NCBI GenBank assembly: GCA_964016885.1
Contig: OZ024740.1
Location: forward strand, 93,806,001-93,870,000
Source of the DNA: Eledone cirrhosa
Lineage: Eukaryota
Direction of reading: 5' to 3'
Length of the DNA: 64,000 bases
Positions 13,205 through 28,797 of the stretch are shown here, piece after piece. The first letter of the stretch is position 1, and the number at the start of each line of letters is the position of its first letter. The position numbers and the translations under genes were made by a program. Under the pieces are notes generated by a model. That model was not told the origin of the DNA and did no database searches. It was given only the letters and a program-made list of their open reading frames with translations.

Positions 13205-16200
13205 CTTTGTTGTTTCTCTCACTTTTTTCTGGGTTAGAAAATGATTAAAACGAAATGTTTTACTTTATGTGAAGTGTTAAGGTATTAGTTGATTTATTTA
13301 TTATTTAACAACTGCATTTATTTATGTATTTATATATATAATTATTGTCTATTAGCGGTTTCAGCATTTATATTCTTTATCAAATGATTGTGAAATGTAT
13401 TACTGTGGTGTCGCACATTTTAAACATAAGGTACACAAAGAATAATGTTATATACAAAAAAGGTTTAAGAAGTGAAAAGAAAAAAGAAAAAGGAAAAAAA
13501 AGGAAAAAAAAACAATTGTGCATAATGTGGAACGTAAAAAGCCAATGTGGAAGACAAAATAATGTTATTTACAAGCAGATTCATTGAAGTTAAGCAGTTC
13601 AAAATGTGTTAATAACGCAAGAGTACTTAGTTAAACCATGGTTCCGTGAAGGATGCAAATGGTGGACTGTGGTTTGATATGATTTCCCTTTTTAGAGAGT
13701 TAATATGCAGGGGGAAGCAATTCTTGCTGGGTGATATTTAATTTATTTAAGAAAAAGGATTAGGTAGGTTGTGAGGGAAGTAACTCTTGTAAATGTTTGA
13801 TGGTTTGTTGCAGTTTTACATTGGTCCGATTTTTAGGGAATTGAGCAGTTGTTGAAATTCATTAATGACATGTGTTTCCTTATTGGTACGTTAGATGAAA
13901 GTAGCGTTGTCTATGAATTTGTAAAGGGGGAAAATGTTAAAGTGTGGATGTTGGTTGAGAGCACAATTGGCGATATGTTCACTAAATGCGATCTTTCTGT
14001 ATTCATGAATTTTAATTTGTGATTTATGGACGGTCATACGTTGAGGGAGGCTGTTTTTTATCTGCGCTATGTAGTGCTCTTGACAACCTGAGCAGGTCAA
14101 AACATAGATTAGGTTTTCAGATGCACATGTAAAGTTGTGTTTAACTGTGAAACCTTGTCCTTGTTTAAAATGGAATGTTGAACCTTCTATTAGATGTATG
14201 CATATGCGACAGTTGGGCCTTCCGCACTTTGTTACTGTAGAGTTCACTGTGAGGGTTTGTTGGATTGTTGCTTGTGTGAGGATGTTTTTTTTATATCGAT
14301 TTGGGTTGTCTTTTGTTCTTTATGATGTTGTGTGTTTGGAGGATATTGTTCATTCTTGGGTCTCTTTTTAGTAAAGGAATTTTCTGGAGGATGGTGTCGA
14401 ATGCCTCATTGTTGAGGGGGTTGTGTGTGGGGATGTATGTTAGAGTTTTTTGTTGCGCTTCTCTCCTGGGTTTGGGCTGTCTGAGTTCTTGGATGTCTAG
14501 TTTTAGGGCACGTTGGAATCCATTTGTGATTAGGGATGGTGCGTAGTTGCTGCTGATAAGTGTGTTTTTAAGTCTTCTAGTCGTGTGTAGCATGTGTATT
14601 TATCTCAAATTATTGTGCAGTTCCTTCTGGCTAGGTTATAAGCAATTGCCATTTTGGTGTCTCTAGGGTGGCAGGAGTTGAATGGAAGGTACTGTTGGGA
14701 GTCTATGTTTGTGTAGTATATGTCTGTTTCTATTGTCTTGCTTGTTTTCTTGATGTGGATGTCGAGGAAAGGGAGTTGTCCATGGCTGTAGTCCATTGTG
14801 AATTGTAAGTTAGTGTTGAGCCCATTCAGAAGGGTTTTGAACTCAAACAGTCTATCTATACTTTCATGCGAGAGGATGAAGCAGTCGTCCAGATATCTCT
14901 TCCAGTTATTTTCTATGTGTTGGTAGAAGTGGTTGCCGTATTTGTCTAGAACTTTGCGGTAGAGAATGGTTTCCAAATATCCCATGACAAGGTTGGCGTA
15001 TGAGGGGGGCCACATTCGTGCCCATGGCGTTCCCAGATATCTGTCTGTAGTATTTGACATTGAATTCGAAGAAATTGTTTTCCAAGATGAATTTGAGTCC
15101 CTCCAACACAAATTCTTTAGGGAGGCGCTGTGGAAGTTCACTAGGGAAATTTTCCATCCAGAATTGTATTGCCTCTATACCTAGGTTGTGTGGGATATTG
15201 GAATATAAATTGATGACATCAAAGGTTACTAGTAGGGTATGTTCGTTATTGAGTGTTGTTGGGAGGTGGTTGAGCATGACAAGGTCGTACCTTATGAAGC
15301 ATTTGATATGTTTTAGGAAAGGCTTAAGCAGAATATCTAGGAAGTTTGTTAGGCTGTGGGTTTCACATGTGGTGCCTGCTATTATGGGTCTTAATTTAAG
15401 GTCATCAGGAGAGGCTATATTGATGTAAACGTCTGTTGCTTGCTTGCACGCCCTGTCTATTATGTCGCGTTTGTGTGTATTGGGGATACCGTAGAAGAGA
15501 CTGGTTCTGCTTTTGAAATTGGTGATGTAGCTGTATTCCTTGTCTGTAAGGCATTCTTTGTAAATGGTTGTTAGGGATTTTAGGTTTCTCATTATTTTCT
15601 GTTGTGTTTTGGGCCTTTCCATAATATGTTTGGTTTTCTAGAGTTGTGTAATAATCTTTCTCCATAAGGACTACTGCACTCCCTTTATCTGCATCCTTGA
15701 TTGTTAGGGTTGTGTCGTTTTTTAGACTGTTAATACCATTCCATTCTTTTTCGCTTAGGTTTGGTTTTTGTTTATGTCTGTGTAGGTGTTGGTATGGGTA
15801 ATTAGTAATGTGTTCCCAGAATTGATCGAGGAATTTATTCCTGCATTTTGGTTGGGTGTAGTTGCTTCTATTTCTGGCTATTGTCATCCTCATTGTATTT
15901 GTTGTATAGTTGTGCGTTGAGTTTTAGTTTTCTACAGAATTCTGCAATATCTTCCTTCATTTCGGGGTAGTTTGGTTGTTGGGGAGTTGGTGTAAATGTT
16001 AGACCTTTGGAGAGTATGTTGATTTGGTCTGTTATTAATTCTGTGTAGGTTAAATTGACAATTTTTATTGAATTTTGTGACTCCTGTGTGTTTTGTGTTA
16101 TCTTGTAATCCTGTGTCTGTGTGCTGTGTCTAAAAAAATGATTACGGAAGTTGTGATGGCTGTTGAAGTTTGGATGTCTCTTATAGTTTTATTGGCTCCT

Positions 16201-18285
16201 GCTGTTGTTGTAAGATGGTGTGTAGCTGTGGTGGTTGTTGAGTTTAGGTTGTATCGTTTGGTTGTATTGAGCCTTGCTGATGTTGTTGTAGGGTGTGTTG
16301 GTTTGATTAACGTGGTTATAGGTTGTGAAGTTGTGGTGGTTGTTGAAGTTGGGTTGTATCGTGTGTTTGTGTTGAGCACTGCTGTTGTGGTAGGGTATGT
16401 AGACTTGGTGGTAGTTGTAGTTGGGTTGTCTTGTGTGTTCATATTGAGCCCTGTTGTTGCTGATATATGATGTGTAGCTATGGTGGTTGTAGTGGTTAGG
16501 GTGTCTTGTGTGGTTGTATTGTCCCCTGCTGGTGTTGTTGTAGTAGGGTGAGGTTAGTGGGGGAGGGTAGATTAGGGTTTCCTTATAGCTGGTATATGGC
16601 TGTGAGGCCCTGTGTGACATGTGTGGTAGTTGTGTATTTTGGGTTCTATGTTGGAAGTAATGATGGTTGTAGGTTTGTTGTGTGGAGATGTTAGGGTGGT
16701 TGTAAGTGTGTGTGTGTGGGGGGAGGGGTTATGGTTTCTCCTGGTAGGAGAGAAGTTGTAGTGTCTATCTTGTAGATTATGTTTCTCCCTTACTATATTT
16801 GTTGCTTGGGAGTCCATGTGGTAGTTGTGCGGAGGGTGTAGGAGGTAGGGGCGAGGTGATGCCTTACTTTGTTGATATGTGGGGAGGTATTGTTTTTTGT
16901 TGTTGTTGGTTGTTGGGTGTTGTTTGGTTGTTGGTTGAGTTTTCTTGTTATTATGGTTTTAATGAAGGGGTTCTTGGATGTGTGTTCTTTTTGGAAAAAA
17001 ATAGACATGAAGGAACTCAGGCACCCCAAACCCAGGAGTGAACCGCAACAAAAAACTCTACCATACATCTCCACACACAACCCCCTTAACAATGAGGCAT
17101 TCGACACCATCCTCCAGAACATTGCTTTACTAAAAAGAGACCCAAGAATGAACAATATCCTCCAAACACACAACCTCATAAAGAGCAAAAGACAACCCAA
17201 ATCCATAAGAAACATCCTCACACAAGCAACAATCCAACAATCCCTCACAATGAACCCTACAGTGACAAAATGCGGAAGGCCCAACTGTGGCATATGCATA
17301 AATCTAATATAAGGTTCAACATTCCATTTTAAACAAGGACAAGGTTTCACAGTTAAACACAACTTTACATGTGCATCTGAAAACCTTATCTTTGTTTTGA
17401 CCTGCTCAGGTTGTCAAGAGCACTACATAGAACAGACAAAAAACAGCCTCCGTTAACGTATGACCGTCCATAAATCAAAAATTAAAATACATGAATACAG
17501 GAAGATCGCATTTAGTGAACATATCGCCAAATGTGCTCTCAACCAACATCCAAACTTTAACATTTTCCCCATTTAAAATTCATAGACAGCGCTACTTTCA
17601 TCCAACGTACCAATAAGGAAACACATTTCATTAATAAATGTCAACCACTACTCAATGCTCTAAAAATTGGTCTAATCTAAAACTGCAACAAACCATCAAA
17701 CATGTACAAGAGTTACCACTCTCACACCCTACCTAATCCTTTTTCTTAAATAAATTAAATATCACCCAGCAAGAATTGCTTCCCCCTGCATATTAACTCT
17801 TTCAAAAGGGACATCATATCAAACCACAGTCCACCATTCGCCTCCCTCACGGAACATGGTTCAACTAAGCACTCTTGCGATATTAACACATTTTGAACTG
17901 CTTAACTTCAAAGACTGTGCTTGTAAATAACATTATTATTTCTTCCACATTGACTTTTTTACGTTCAACATGATGCACGATTGGTTTTTTCCTTTTTTTT
18001 TCCTTTTTCCTTTTTCTTTTCACTTCTTAAACCTTGTTTGTATATAATATTATTCTTTCTGCACCTTATGTTTAACATGTGCGACACCACACTAATACAT
18101 TTTACTATCATTTGATAATCATATAAATGCTGAAACCGCTAACAGAAAATAATAAAATATATAAATAGATAAATAAATGCCATTATTACATAATAAATAA
18201 ATAAACTAATACATTAACACTTCACACAAAGTAAAACATTTCGCTTTAATCATAACCCAGTAAAAAGAGTTTGCATAAACACAAT
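13205..18285 (-). mobile_element. Near full-length Neptune-like PLE with ~1.3 kb inverted 5' arm
   Basis: The body is on the minus strand (16995 to 13205). 17002-18285 is an inverted copy of ~13205-14500. Confidence 0.9.
13817..16070 (-). pseudogene. Frameshifted PLE polyprotein: RT plus Cys linker plus GIY-YIG endonuclease
   Basis: Motifs: IVNL..LSKGLTFTPTP, IKDADKGSAVV, LRPII, LVTFDVINLYSNIPH, YYRQISGNAMGT, RYLDDCF, LPFLDI, CGRPNCRIC, FTCASENLIYVLTCSGCQEHYI. Confidence 0.92.
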
Positions 18286-19410
18286 GAGAAAGTAATAAAA
18301 AATGGGTCATTATCATCATTTAGTCTTAGATTCATAAAGTTGTGTGCTCCCAGCCTGATACAAACACGTATTATCTCACACTTTTACTGTATTATATTTC
18401 TGTATTTTCATAAATACAGTAATATATATGTATTAAAATACCTTCTAACATAGTTATTATTCTTCCGATATTATATTGTAACCTCTAGTCACAGGTGTGT
18501 AAGATAATCTTCCTGAATTCTAACAGTGAAAATACATTTAACAAACAGGAAATACATGGAAAAGCCAATGTAGATATAGAATATAACGTTATATTGAAAT
18601 TGAAATCATTAATGAAACCAAACACAGTAATATGTTATAAGAATTTGTGTCGGTAGTCTTGCTCCCCAAATCTCCCTGTCACGGTGTGCCAATATATCAT
18701 ATGATGGGTACAACGGGGTCTTGGGAATAGAGATAGTTAATTAAGTCGATTCTTGCAAACTTTACAGCGCATTTCCCTTGAGTAGTCGACGGTGGGCGAG
18801 GCAAATGATATGATACCAGGTGTGGCATTAATTCAGATTCAGTTGCTCGTGAACCTCGAAAAACAAAAAAACAAACGAAATAAAATCCATTGTGATGAGT
18901 AAATGGTGAATGCATAAGAATTGTCATGCAGTGAAGTAATTCTAGTTCCAACACGATTGGAAAGAAAGTATATGTGAGTGATTTATTCATAAAGTAATTG
19001 AAGAGAAATATTGAGGAACATAATATGTGAAAGAAATGATTCACATCGGATGAAAGGCCACGGCCTGTTCCATATACAGTTATTTCCACAGCAACCCTAA
19101 ATTTCTATCGGTTTAAGTTACACAGATAGCGAAAAGATGTGATTAATTCTCAAACAAGTGTCCTCCTCATTAACAGCCACCTATCATTTGGCGTTAAATA
19201 ATAAGCGCCAAGTGGGGTCATAAATAGCTCCATAATAGAATCAAAATGACATTATTCTCATGAATATATTAAAGAAATATTCGCTTCCAGGCAAGTTAAA
19301 AAGGAAGAGTACTTCCAATAAGAAACCAAGTAAATGATGGACGAATTAAACGATGATTAATACGTTCAAAGAAGACACATAAAATAATATATTTGCGCGG
19401 ATTATGTAGA

Positions 19411-20160
19411 TCTCACTCGATATGTAAATTAGTCTGCTCAGCCGTTAATATGCATAAGGAAAGTATATACTTTCAGACGTTCAATCATCTGGCAGGAAGT
19501 TATACGGTGCTGACGATAGCTAATAAGCTTGAAACTAGTACATCGTTCCTTTGTCAGTGTTGAATAAAAGGGCAACGATGGTTGCTAAACAATGTACGGC
19601 TTAATTCGTGATGTTTGTTTACAAACAAACCGAGCATTACAATAAAAACTCGGTAAATCCATACGCACATATATGTATGTGTGCATGTATGTATATACAT
19701 ACATACTACTGTACGTCTGTATAGATATATTTATGTACGTTTACATGTTTATATTTAAGTAATGGCCGTACTAAGAGTGACAAATGAAATTTCGTTTAAT
19801 TGTTTTCCATTATCGTTTTTGGTGCGCCCGGCCGCTTATCTCACTCGATATGCAAATTAGGCTGATCAGCCGTTAATATGGATGAGGAAAGTATATACTT
19901 TCAGACGTTCCATCATCTGGCAGGAAGGTATGCGGTGCTGAGGATAGCTAATAAACTTGAAACTAGTACATCGTTCCTTTGTCAGTGTTGAACAAAAGGG
20001 CAAAGATGGTCGGTAAATACTGTACGGCTTAATTCGCGATGTTTGTTTACAAACAAACCGAGCATTACAATAAAAGCTCGGTAAGTCCATACGTATATAT
20101 ATGTATGTGTGCATGTATGTATATACATACATACTACTGTACGTCTGTATATATATATGT
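19411..20160 (+). repeat. HHR-containing tandem repeat (retrozyme-like), array 1, ~1.75 units, period 428 nt
   Basis: HHRs at 19505-19545 and 19933-19973. First copy: CGGTG-CTGACGA-TAGCT aata AGCTT-GAAA-CTAG-TA-CATCG. Confidence 0.9.
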
Positions 20161-20167
20161 ATCTACG

Positions 20168-20267
20168 TTGGAGATGCAGGAGATGGCAGCGATAATGAGG
20201 GACAGAGACCGATGGAGAGAACTCGTCCATAGATCTTCGGAATGTTACCCGCCTTAGAGAGCCATAG

Positions 20268-20270
<3 letters not shown>
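20168..20270 (+). mobile_element. Short LINE 3'-end fragment (RTE-like)
   Basis: LEMQEMAAIMRDRDRWRELV resembles the C-terminal DRxxWRxxV motif of RTE ORFs. Confidence 0.5.
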
Positions 20271-20317
<47 letters not shown>

Positions 20318-20381
20318 ATTTAAAACAATAGAGGTGTAACACACATTAGATCAAACATCGTGAGGCTCTATCTCAAAATTA

Positions 20382-20417
20382 TTTTTGAAAAGCATTCGAA
20401 ATGCACAACCGGTAAAA
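20382..20417 (+). ncRNA. Decayed HHR with U3-A8 core
   Basis: TTT-TTGAAAA-GCAT tcgaa ATGC-ACAA-CCGG-TA-AAA. GAAA is mutated. Related to the 26.6k and 30.7k copies. Confidence 0.55.
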
Positions 20418-20921
20418 CTTAAAACCAAAACTGAATAGTAACCAATGCTATTACTAACTTTTACTTATTCCTAATTAAACTATTTTTCACTGGGAACAAT
20501 TTGTCAGCATTTTCTTTTTCTTTTACCAATATATATATATGTATACGCATATATACACACATACGCATATATATACACACGTACATATACATACATACAC
20601 ATACATAACTATACACACACACATACACACATATACATACTCATGTGCATATACACTTGTACGCGCGCATATACTCTTAGCCACACGTATAGGTACATAT
20701 ATACAAATGTAGGTGTATATATATATATAAAAAAATATATAAATACATTCACACGCATATACATGAGAAAAAATACGTACAACCACATACACACATATAT
20801 ATATATATATATAAAATAAAGACTTATATATAAAACAAATATATATATACATACATACACACATAGGCATATATACACATACATACGCATACACCTACAT
20901 ATATATATATATATATATATA

Positions 20922-22364
20922 TTTCGTTTCTGAATTTGTTTAGCAAGATTATTTATCTGAAATCGTGTGTTGAAACCGATATTGTTATACTTTGGGAGTG
21001 TCATGTTGCCAATAAGAAACACACGCACCAATTGCTTTCACTTCAATTTATTATATATTTATAAATTTATAAATTTACAAATCTACAAGCTTATAAATTT
21101 CTGGTTAGTTGGTTGGTTCCACAACCAGATAGTTGTTTATATATAGTCATAGTCCTTTCGTCACACACTCTGTGACCTCTTCAGTGACTGGGGATTCCTT
21201 TCTTTGTTTCTGTGCCTTTCCTTTCTTATATCCTACGCCATTTTGTTTCTGTGTGTCTGTTGTGTACTCAGTTTGCGCATGCGCCACATCCGGGTGTCTG
21301 TGTGTGTTTGTGTTCATTTATCTATTTGTTTAATTATTTATTTATTGTTGGTTGGTTGTTCGTTCTATGTGTGTGTGTGTTTTCATTTTGTCCTTAATTG
21401 TAAGTTGTTTGTTCTATGTGTGTGTGTGTTTTCATTTTGTCCTGTGTGTGTTTTCATTTTGTCCTTAATTGTAAGTTCTGATGTTGCTGTTCCACTCATA
21501 TTTTCTATTTAATTTTGGTTGTAAGTCTTTTATGCTTACTGCCTCCGTAATTTGCCTAAACATTGCATCTTTTCTGTGTGTGGATTCTATTTTTATTTCT
21601 ATGTTCTCTAATCTACCCATGTGTTCTATCTTAGCATGTTGGTAGAGCACAGATGATTCTTTATTATCTTGAAGGTCTCGCCAATGTTCATTTATTCGTT
21701 CCCCTATACTACGAGCTGTCTCACCTATGTACACTATATTTTTGTTTCTACATTGTCCTTCAGTACATCTTATGCTATACACTACATTTCTAGTTTTACA
21801 GTTAATATGGGAGCTTATTTTACAGATTATACATTTCTTATCTATACATGAGGGTCTTTGGAACAGGTATGTCTTGCTAATAAGTGTTTTTACGGAGGTA
21901 CCTGGTCTTTCTACTATCTTAATATTGAGTTTATGTTTATTTAGGGCCCTTCTAAATGTGTAGGCTAGTTCGCCTCTAGGGGTTGTATTGATGAACATTA
22001 CACTCTGGTATTTATTGCTATCATACCATAAGTTTATTCTATTGGCCTTGTTCCTAGTTCTTTCTATTCTATTCCAAAATTTGCTCCTATACAAGGGGCA
22101 GGTCCTATTTATGTCATTATTTACCATTTTTTCCCATTTGGTTCTGGCTCCTCTATACACTCTGATTCTATCTCTCTGATTGTAGCCAGAGAACTGCATA
22201 CGGTGGATGAAGTGTTGTATGTGTCTCTCTAGTTCTTCGGGGTTGCACATGCGGGACACATTTCTCATCACCCGTACCAAATCCGCAATCAATATGTTGA
22301 TTTTGGTATGGATTTTGGTATGATTTTGGTATGCATTATTGGCAACATGACCCTCCCAAAGTAT

Positions 22365-22371
<7 letters not shown>
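20922..22371 (-). mobile_element. 5'-truncated Nematis-like PLE with short inverted 5' end (22336-22371); HHR at 21145-21189
   Basis: Same pLTR and HHR as at 12k. Terminus cccaaagtataacaata followed by (TA)n. Confidence 0.92.
21465..22300 (-). CDS. PLE RT thumb plus GIY-YIG endonuclease (open, 5'-truncated)
   Basis: Motifs: RMQFSGY, CPLYRS, TTPRGEL, KIVERPG, CIDKKCIIC, NVVYSIRC..YIGETARSIGERINEH, RQITEA, LNRKYEW. Confidence 0.9.
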
Positions 22372-22404
<33 letters not shown>

Positions 22405-22511
22405 GTGGAAGGGGTATTCAAAGGGTTGGAAACGACAACTTTAAATAAAAATATAAAAATATAAATGTGTATAACTGATATAGAGTACTCACAAGTTTAC
22501 TGGAGTAAATA

Positions 22512-22550
<39 letters not shown>

Positions 22551-22617
22551 TTCACGATCTCTAATTCTATTACGTATAACGATAGTTTGTTATCAGTTGT
22601 ACACACACACACACATG

Positions 22618-22653
<36 letters not shown>

Positions 22654-22699
22654 CGTGTGTGTGTGGGGGGGGGGGCGTGTGTTTGTGTGTGTGTGTATA

Positions 22700-23750
22700 T
22701 ACAAAGGATAACAAAATATTGTTAAAGGTAATGGAATTTGAGGTCGTGAATACTTCTTATTATGGATACTTTTAGCGTACGGGGTTGCGTGACTCAACAA
22801 GAGGTTTACGTAGATGACCAGTTATGATTTCTCTTGTATTCCTATATAAGTTTATCTTGGAGTAATAAAATTGAAAAAAGTGGAGAGTAACATGTTCAAC
22901 AGTATAAACAAGGGGATTTATTTGCAGTCTAACAATTGTTTCACTGGTAGAATTGTTTATAATTTTCTGAACACTAAAAACAGTGTCACTCAATTTTAAA
23001 TACGATGTTCTACTAGACCATCAGAAACTGTTAAAAAAATATATATGTAACTGTCAAATTTACAAAATCAAATTACATCATCAATAAAAATATTAATAAT
23101 AAAGATATAGAGAGAGAAGGAGGAGAAAATGGAGATATATACGATAAAGAAAGAAAGGAAAGGAAGGAGAAAGAATAAGAAGGAACATGAAAAAGAGAAA
23201 GAAGAAGAAAAGGAGAAATTATTATAGATAGAAATATAAAGAATGGAAGATATATATAAGATGATGGTATATAGATGAGATACATACATATGTAAGAATA
23301 ACGTAGGATAGAGAGAAGAACAGAATAGAAGGACAAATAGATGAATAAACGTTAATGCATGAATAAATATAAATAAAACTAAAAGTTGATATAGAAAAAA
23401 TATATGAAAAAATGGGGAAAATATGATAATGTTAAATATATTTATGTTTAAGTGTGTTTTGGTTATTTTAATAAATAAATAAATTAAATATGTTTAAGTT
23501 ATATTATATGATCAAATAAAATGACAGAGATGAAATAAATTTAGGGAGAGAAATGTAAAGAGTGAAAAACAGAGATATATAAAATAAGAATGTATATATG
23601 AGAGGTTTTGATGTCGTTCTTTGATAAATGATGACAATTATAATTATAATTATAATGATGATGATGTTGATAATGTGATATTATAATAAATATCCCATTT
23701 GTATAGAGCATATCTCTTTGCTTATGCATTACTTCATTCTACACTACTAA
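22700..23750 (-). mobile_element. PLE (probably Naiad-like) 3' UTR/pLTR remnant
   Basis: Pyrimidine-rich UTR, then an HHR, then a tail similar to 39140-39215. Boundaries are approximate. Confidence 0.55.
22925..23030 (-). ncRNA. Type I HHR with 75 nt stem II domain
   Basis: CAGTTT-CTGATGG-T-CTAGTAGAA...TTCTACCAG-T-GAAA-CAATTG-TT-AGACTG. Stem I has 6 bp and stem III is palindromic; A9 is G. Confidence 0.75.
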
Positions 23751-24379
23751 ACTAATATCTCCCATTCTAAAGACATCTAAACACATCTGTCATAATATAT
23801 TTGCTTCCGTCCAACCACCAAATTATCTATACAATAATAACTTCATAACTCCCAAGCTTCTTTCTTCCTTCCTTACTCTCACCTACTGTTGAGTTTATCC
23901 TTATAATCTTTTTAACGTATTCACGTGTACATCAATGTTGCCCCAACTAATTTTATAATAGTGCATTAACGAAAATGTTGTATTTTTTATCAAGTGAAAA
24001 TATCTCCCCAATCTAAATATTTTGAAAAAGTTAAATCAGATTTGAGAGCCAAAGCTTCTGCTCACAAATATATACCTCTTCTTAGAATTTTTAAGATTTA
24101 CAATTACAAAATGTAATTAAAATGTGAACGGAAGATTGAAAATATGGCTGACCCATATTTTCAAATGATAATAAGCTATCATCAATATCCACCTACTCTA
24201 TTATTACGTCTTCGCTGAAGAATTGTTTAACCCCTACAATAAGTACATACGCGATTACTCAGTACTGATGTCTTTTTTTATGTTACAGTATGCGAAATGA
24301 TAAACTTCTAGAGGTTAGCATTTTTTGTGTAAATATCCGTTTATCATATGATGCATTGATGTCGGTTATAATATTACAG

Positions 24380-24390
24380 AACAATAACAA

Positions 24391-24465
<75 letters not shown>

Positions 24466-24475
24466 CAGCAGTAGC

Positions 24476-24555
<80 letters not shown>

Positions 24556-24580
24556 TGGTGCTGGTGCTGGTTTTGGTAAT
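24380..24580. repeat. Compound trinucleotide repeat (TAG)n then (TTG)n
   Basis: Read directly. Confidence 0.97.
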
Positions 24581-25313
24581 TTCGAACCAGTCGAATACGA
24601 AATGTCTCTATTCAAGCAAGGGAATGTAAAAGATCTATTATATGGCAATTGTTGGATTAATGGAAAGAAAAAGCCAATGATTATCAATAGATTAAGAAAT
24701 CCTTGGAACAAGTCCCACCTGTAACACTCTCATCTATTTTAGTGTATATCGGTATTGATAGTCTTCCTTTTGTTTTCTTAATTGACTATTCATTTTCAAA
24801 ATAGATATATATAATGACATATTGTGAAAACAAAAAGGAGGAAGCTATATGAAAGAAAAATTATAGTTACAAATATACATTCAAAGAAAAAAAATACAAT
24901 TATGGAAGGCAAGCTAGGGACGAATAATGGCAGCTGAAATGACCAGCAAAGTTGCTTAAACTAATCGTATATTCAGAGAACTGGAATCCAATTTCCTTTA
25001 GTGTGTGACTCATTGCACATGATTTGCTAATGCAGCCGCAGGATTAGAACATGATTTGATAATAACTGATTGGGGCCTTATCGCATTCCGAGCAGAAGCG
25101 GAACCTCCACACTTCATAATATCTCACTAGTAGAGAAGTGAATGAAAAGCAATCCTAATTTCACATTATCGTTTATTCCGTATCGCTTCATCTACAAAAC
25201 ACAAATGTTAGAAAGAAGCAAACTCGTATATTGAAAGATTTACTGCGCGAGAATAGAACGTTGCAAAATATACTTCTCATGTAAGTTTAAACGGAGTTGC
25301 ATTACACACGCAC

Positions 25314-25351
<38 letters not shown>

Positions 25352-25694
25352 CCATAAACACACACACAAGCGTATATATATGTGTGTTTGTAATTAAGAA
25401 TAATAAAAACAAAATATGATTGTTCATGTGTTTAATTTTGATCATATATCCTCAAGCGTATGAAAAGTAATTCGAATCCTACCAAGGACGTAGATTTATT
25501 AATATGTATCTTACCCTAATCAGTTCAAATGGAATCAACCAATGTTCTCCATGAAAGTATTATGTGCGTTTTATCAACATGCTATATTGTTCATGGTGTT
25601 TTTATGAAATCTCACATATTACTCATATATATAAATAAACGAAGACACACATGGATGCTCACAATATATATATATATATATACACACACACGTG

Positions 25695-25781
<87 letters not shown>

Positions 25782-26232
25782 TGCTATTTAACATAGAACG
25801 AAGAGGCGGAGACGTGTATATCTCAGTAACTACTGAAATAAATAGCAATATTTACGGAAACTCTGGAAATATAAGATGATGTATATATAAGCGTAAAACA
25901 TATAAGATAATATATACGTAGTTAGGCAATTATACATGACGTTTTGTTGGTAGATAGGTGCAAGGTAAAAATAATTCTAAGTGAAAAGAACAGAGAAACA
26001 ACAATGGAATTTAATGAAAAAATAGAAACATATGCAAATATATATGTCTTAAGTAGAAACAGTATATATGCAGGTATTTTAAACATAATAAGTTACACAG
26101 ATGTGTGTGTTAATTAGAAAGTGAAGATGTTAAATACGAAAAGATTGTAACAGAGTGGGAATATATGAGAATATAACATAATGATGATCTGTAAATGACT
26201 ATTTATGTAAACAAGTTGGCTATTTATAAAGT

Positions 26233-26407
26233 AAAGATCGTGCCTCGAGCTGGTCGCCAGAGAAACGATTGTAGTATGTCTAATACATTGTATTCGTCAC
26301 ACCACTGATTCTCCGTTTCTTATGTGATATTATACTCTGCTCTGTAAGAGCATCGAGTGCTCAACCGGCATACCGCTTACGGACGCTTTAAGCATCCTAC
26401 ACCAATT
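26233..26407 (+). repeat. Short interspersed repeat; homologous foldback copy at 35920-36177
   Basis: Shared cactgattctccgtttcttatgtgat..gctttaagcatcc..caccaat. The 5' part (CTGG tcg CCAG-A-GAAA-CGATTG-TA) resembles the 3' half of an HHR. Confidence 0.7.
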
Positions 26408-26467
<60 letters not shown>

Positions 26468-26475
<8 letters not shown>

Positions 26476-26692
26476 GTGAGGTTTTTTTTTGTTTTTTTTT
26501 ACAAAATGAAAAATAACCGAGGTGTCCTACACGAGTGGAAGTATAAAGAAAAAGGGATGAAATCGAAAATGCAACTGAAGTCTTATTTTTTTTAAAAATA
26601 TATATATTTATTTGGTTTCTTTACTGGTTTCGCAGTTCTTCTGCTTTTCAAAAGGTGAGTTGAGATGGAGGGTCTGTGGTTTTTTCTCACAT
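26468..26692 (-). mobile_element. Solo pLTR-like repeat with HHR at 26618-26655 (U3-A8 core)
   Basis: CCTT-TTGAAAA-GCAG aagaa CTGC-GAAA-CCAG-TA-AAGA. Near-identical copy at 30524-30740. Confidence 0.8.
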
Positions 26693-26905
26693 CTGAGAAA
26701 TATATATATATGATATTAATAAATGGAAACTATATTCATAAAACCATATAGTTTCCATTTATTATTATCATTAATATTATACTCCAGAAAACCTGTCGAA
26801 TGCTTCGAATCTGTTATAGGTATAGATATTTGTTGAATTACCAACGATTACATATCATTTTGCTTATATATATATATATATATATAAATTTATAGTGGTG
26901 GAACA

Positions 26906-28157
<1,252 letters not shown>

Positions 28158-28162
28158 TATAT

Positions 28163-28797
28163 ATTTCGTTTCTGAATTTGTTTAGCAAGATTCTATATCT
28201 GAAATCGTGTGTTGAAACCGATATTGTTATACTTTAGGAGGGTCATGATGCCAATAAGGACCACACGCACCAGTTGTTTTCACTTCAATTTATTATAATA
28301 ATAAATTTATAAATTTATGAATAAATAATATTTATAAATTAATAAATTTAGGAATTTATAAATTTGTGGTTGGTTGGTTGGTTGGTTCCACAACCAGATA
28401 GTTGTTTAAATATTGTCAAAGTTCTTTCGTCACACATTACGTGACCTCTTCAGTGACTGGGGATTATTTTCTTTGTTTTTGTGCCTCTCCCTTGTTCTGT
28501 CCTAGGCCATTTTGACAAATTGGCGTAGGACAGAACAAAGGAGAGGCACAAACAGAAAGAAAAGAATCCCCAGTCACTGAAGAGGTCACATAATGTGTGA
28601 CGAAAGAACTTTGACAATATATAAACAACTATCTGCTTGTGGAGCCAACCAACCAACCAGAAATTTATGAATTCCTAAATTTATTAATTTATAAATATTA
28701 TTTATTTATACATTTTTAAATTTATTATTATAATAAATTGAAGTGAAAGCAGCTGGTGCGTGTGTTTCTTATTAGCAACATGACCCTCCCAAAATAT

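Noticed and set aside
18340-18545. HHR for the Neptune-like element
   Set aside because: Only CTGATAC and a distant hairpin were found; no coherent stems I and III.
22943-23017. Stem II insert as a SECIS element
   Set aside because: It lacks the AUGA/GA quartet with an 11-13 bp helix and apical AA.
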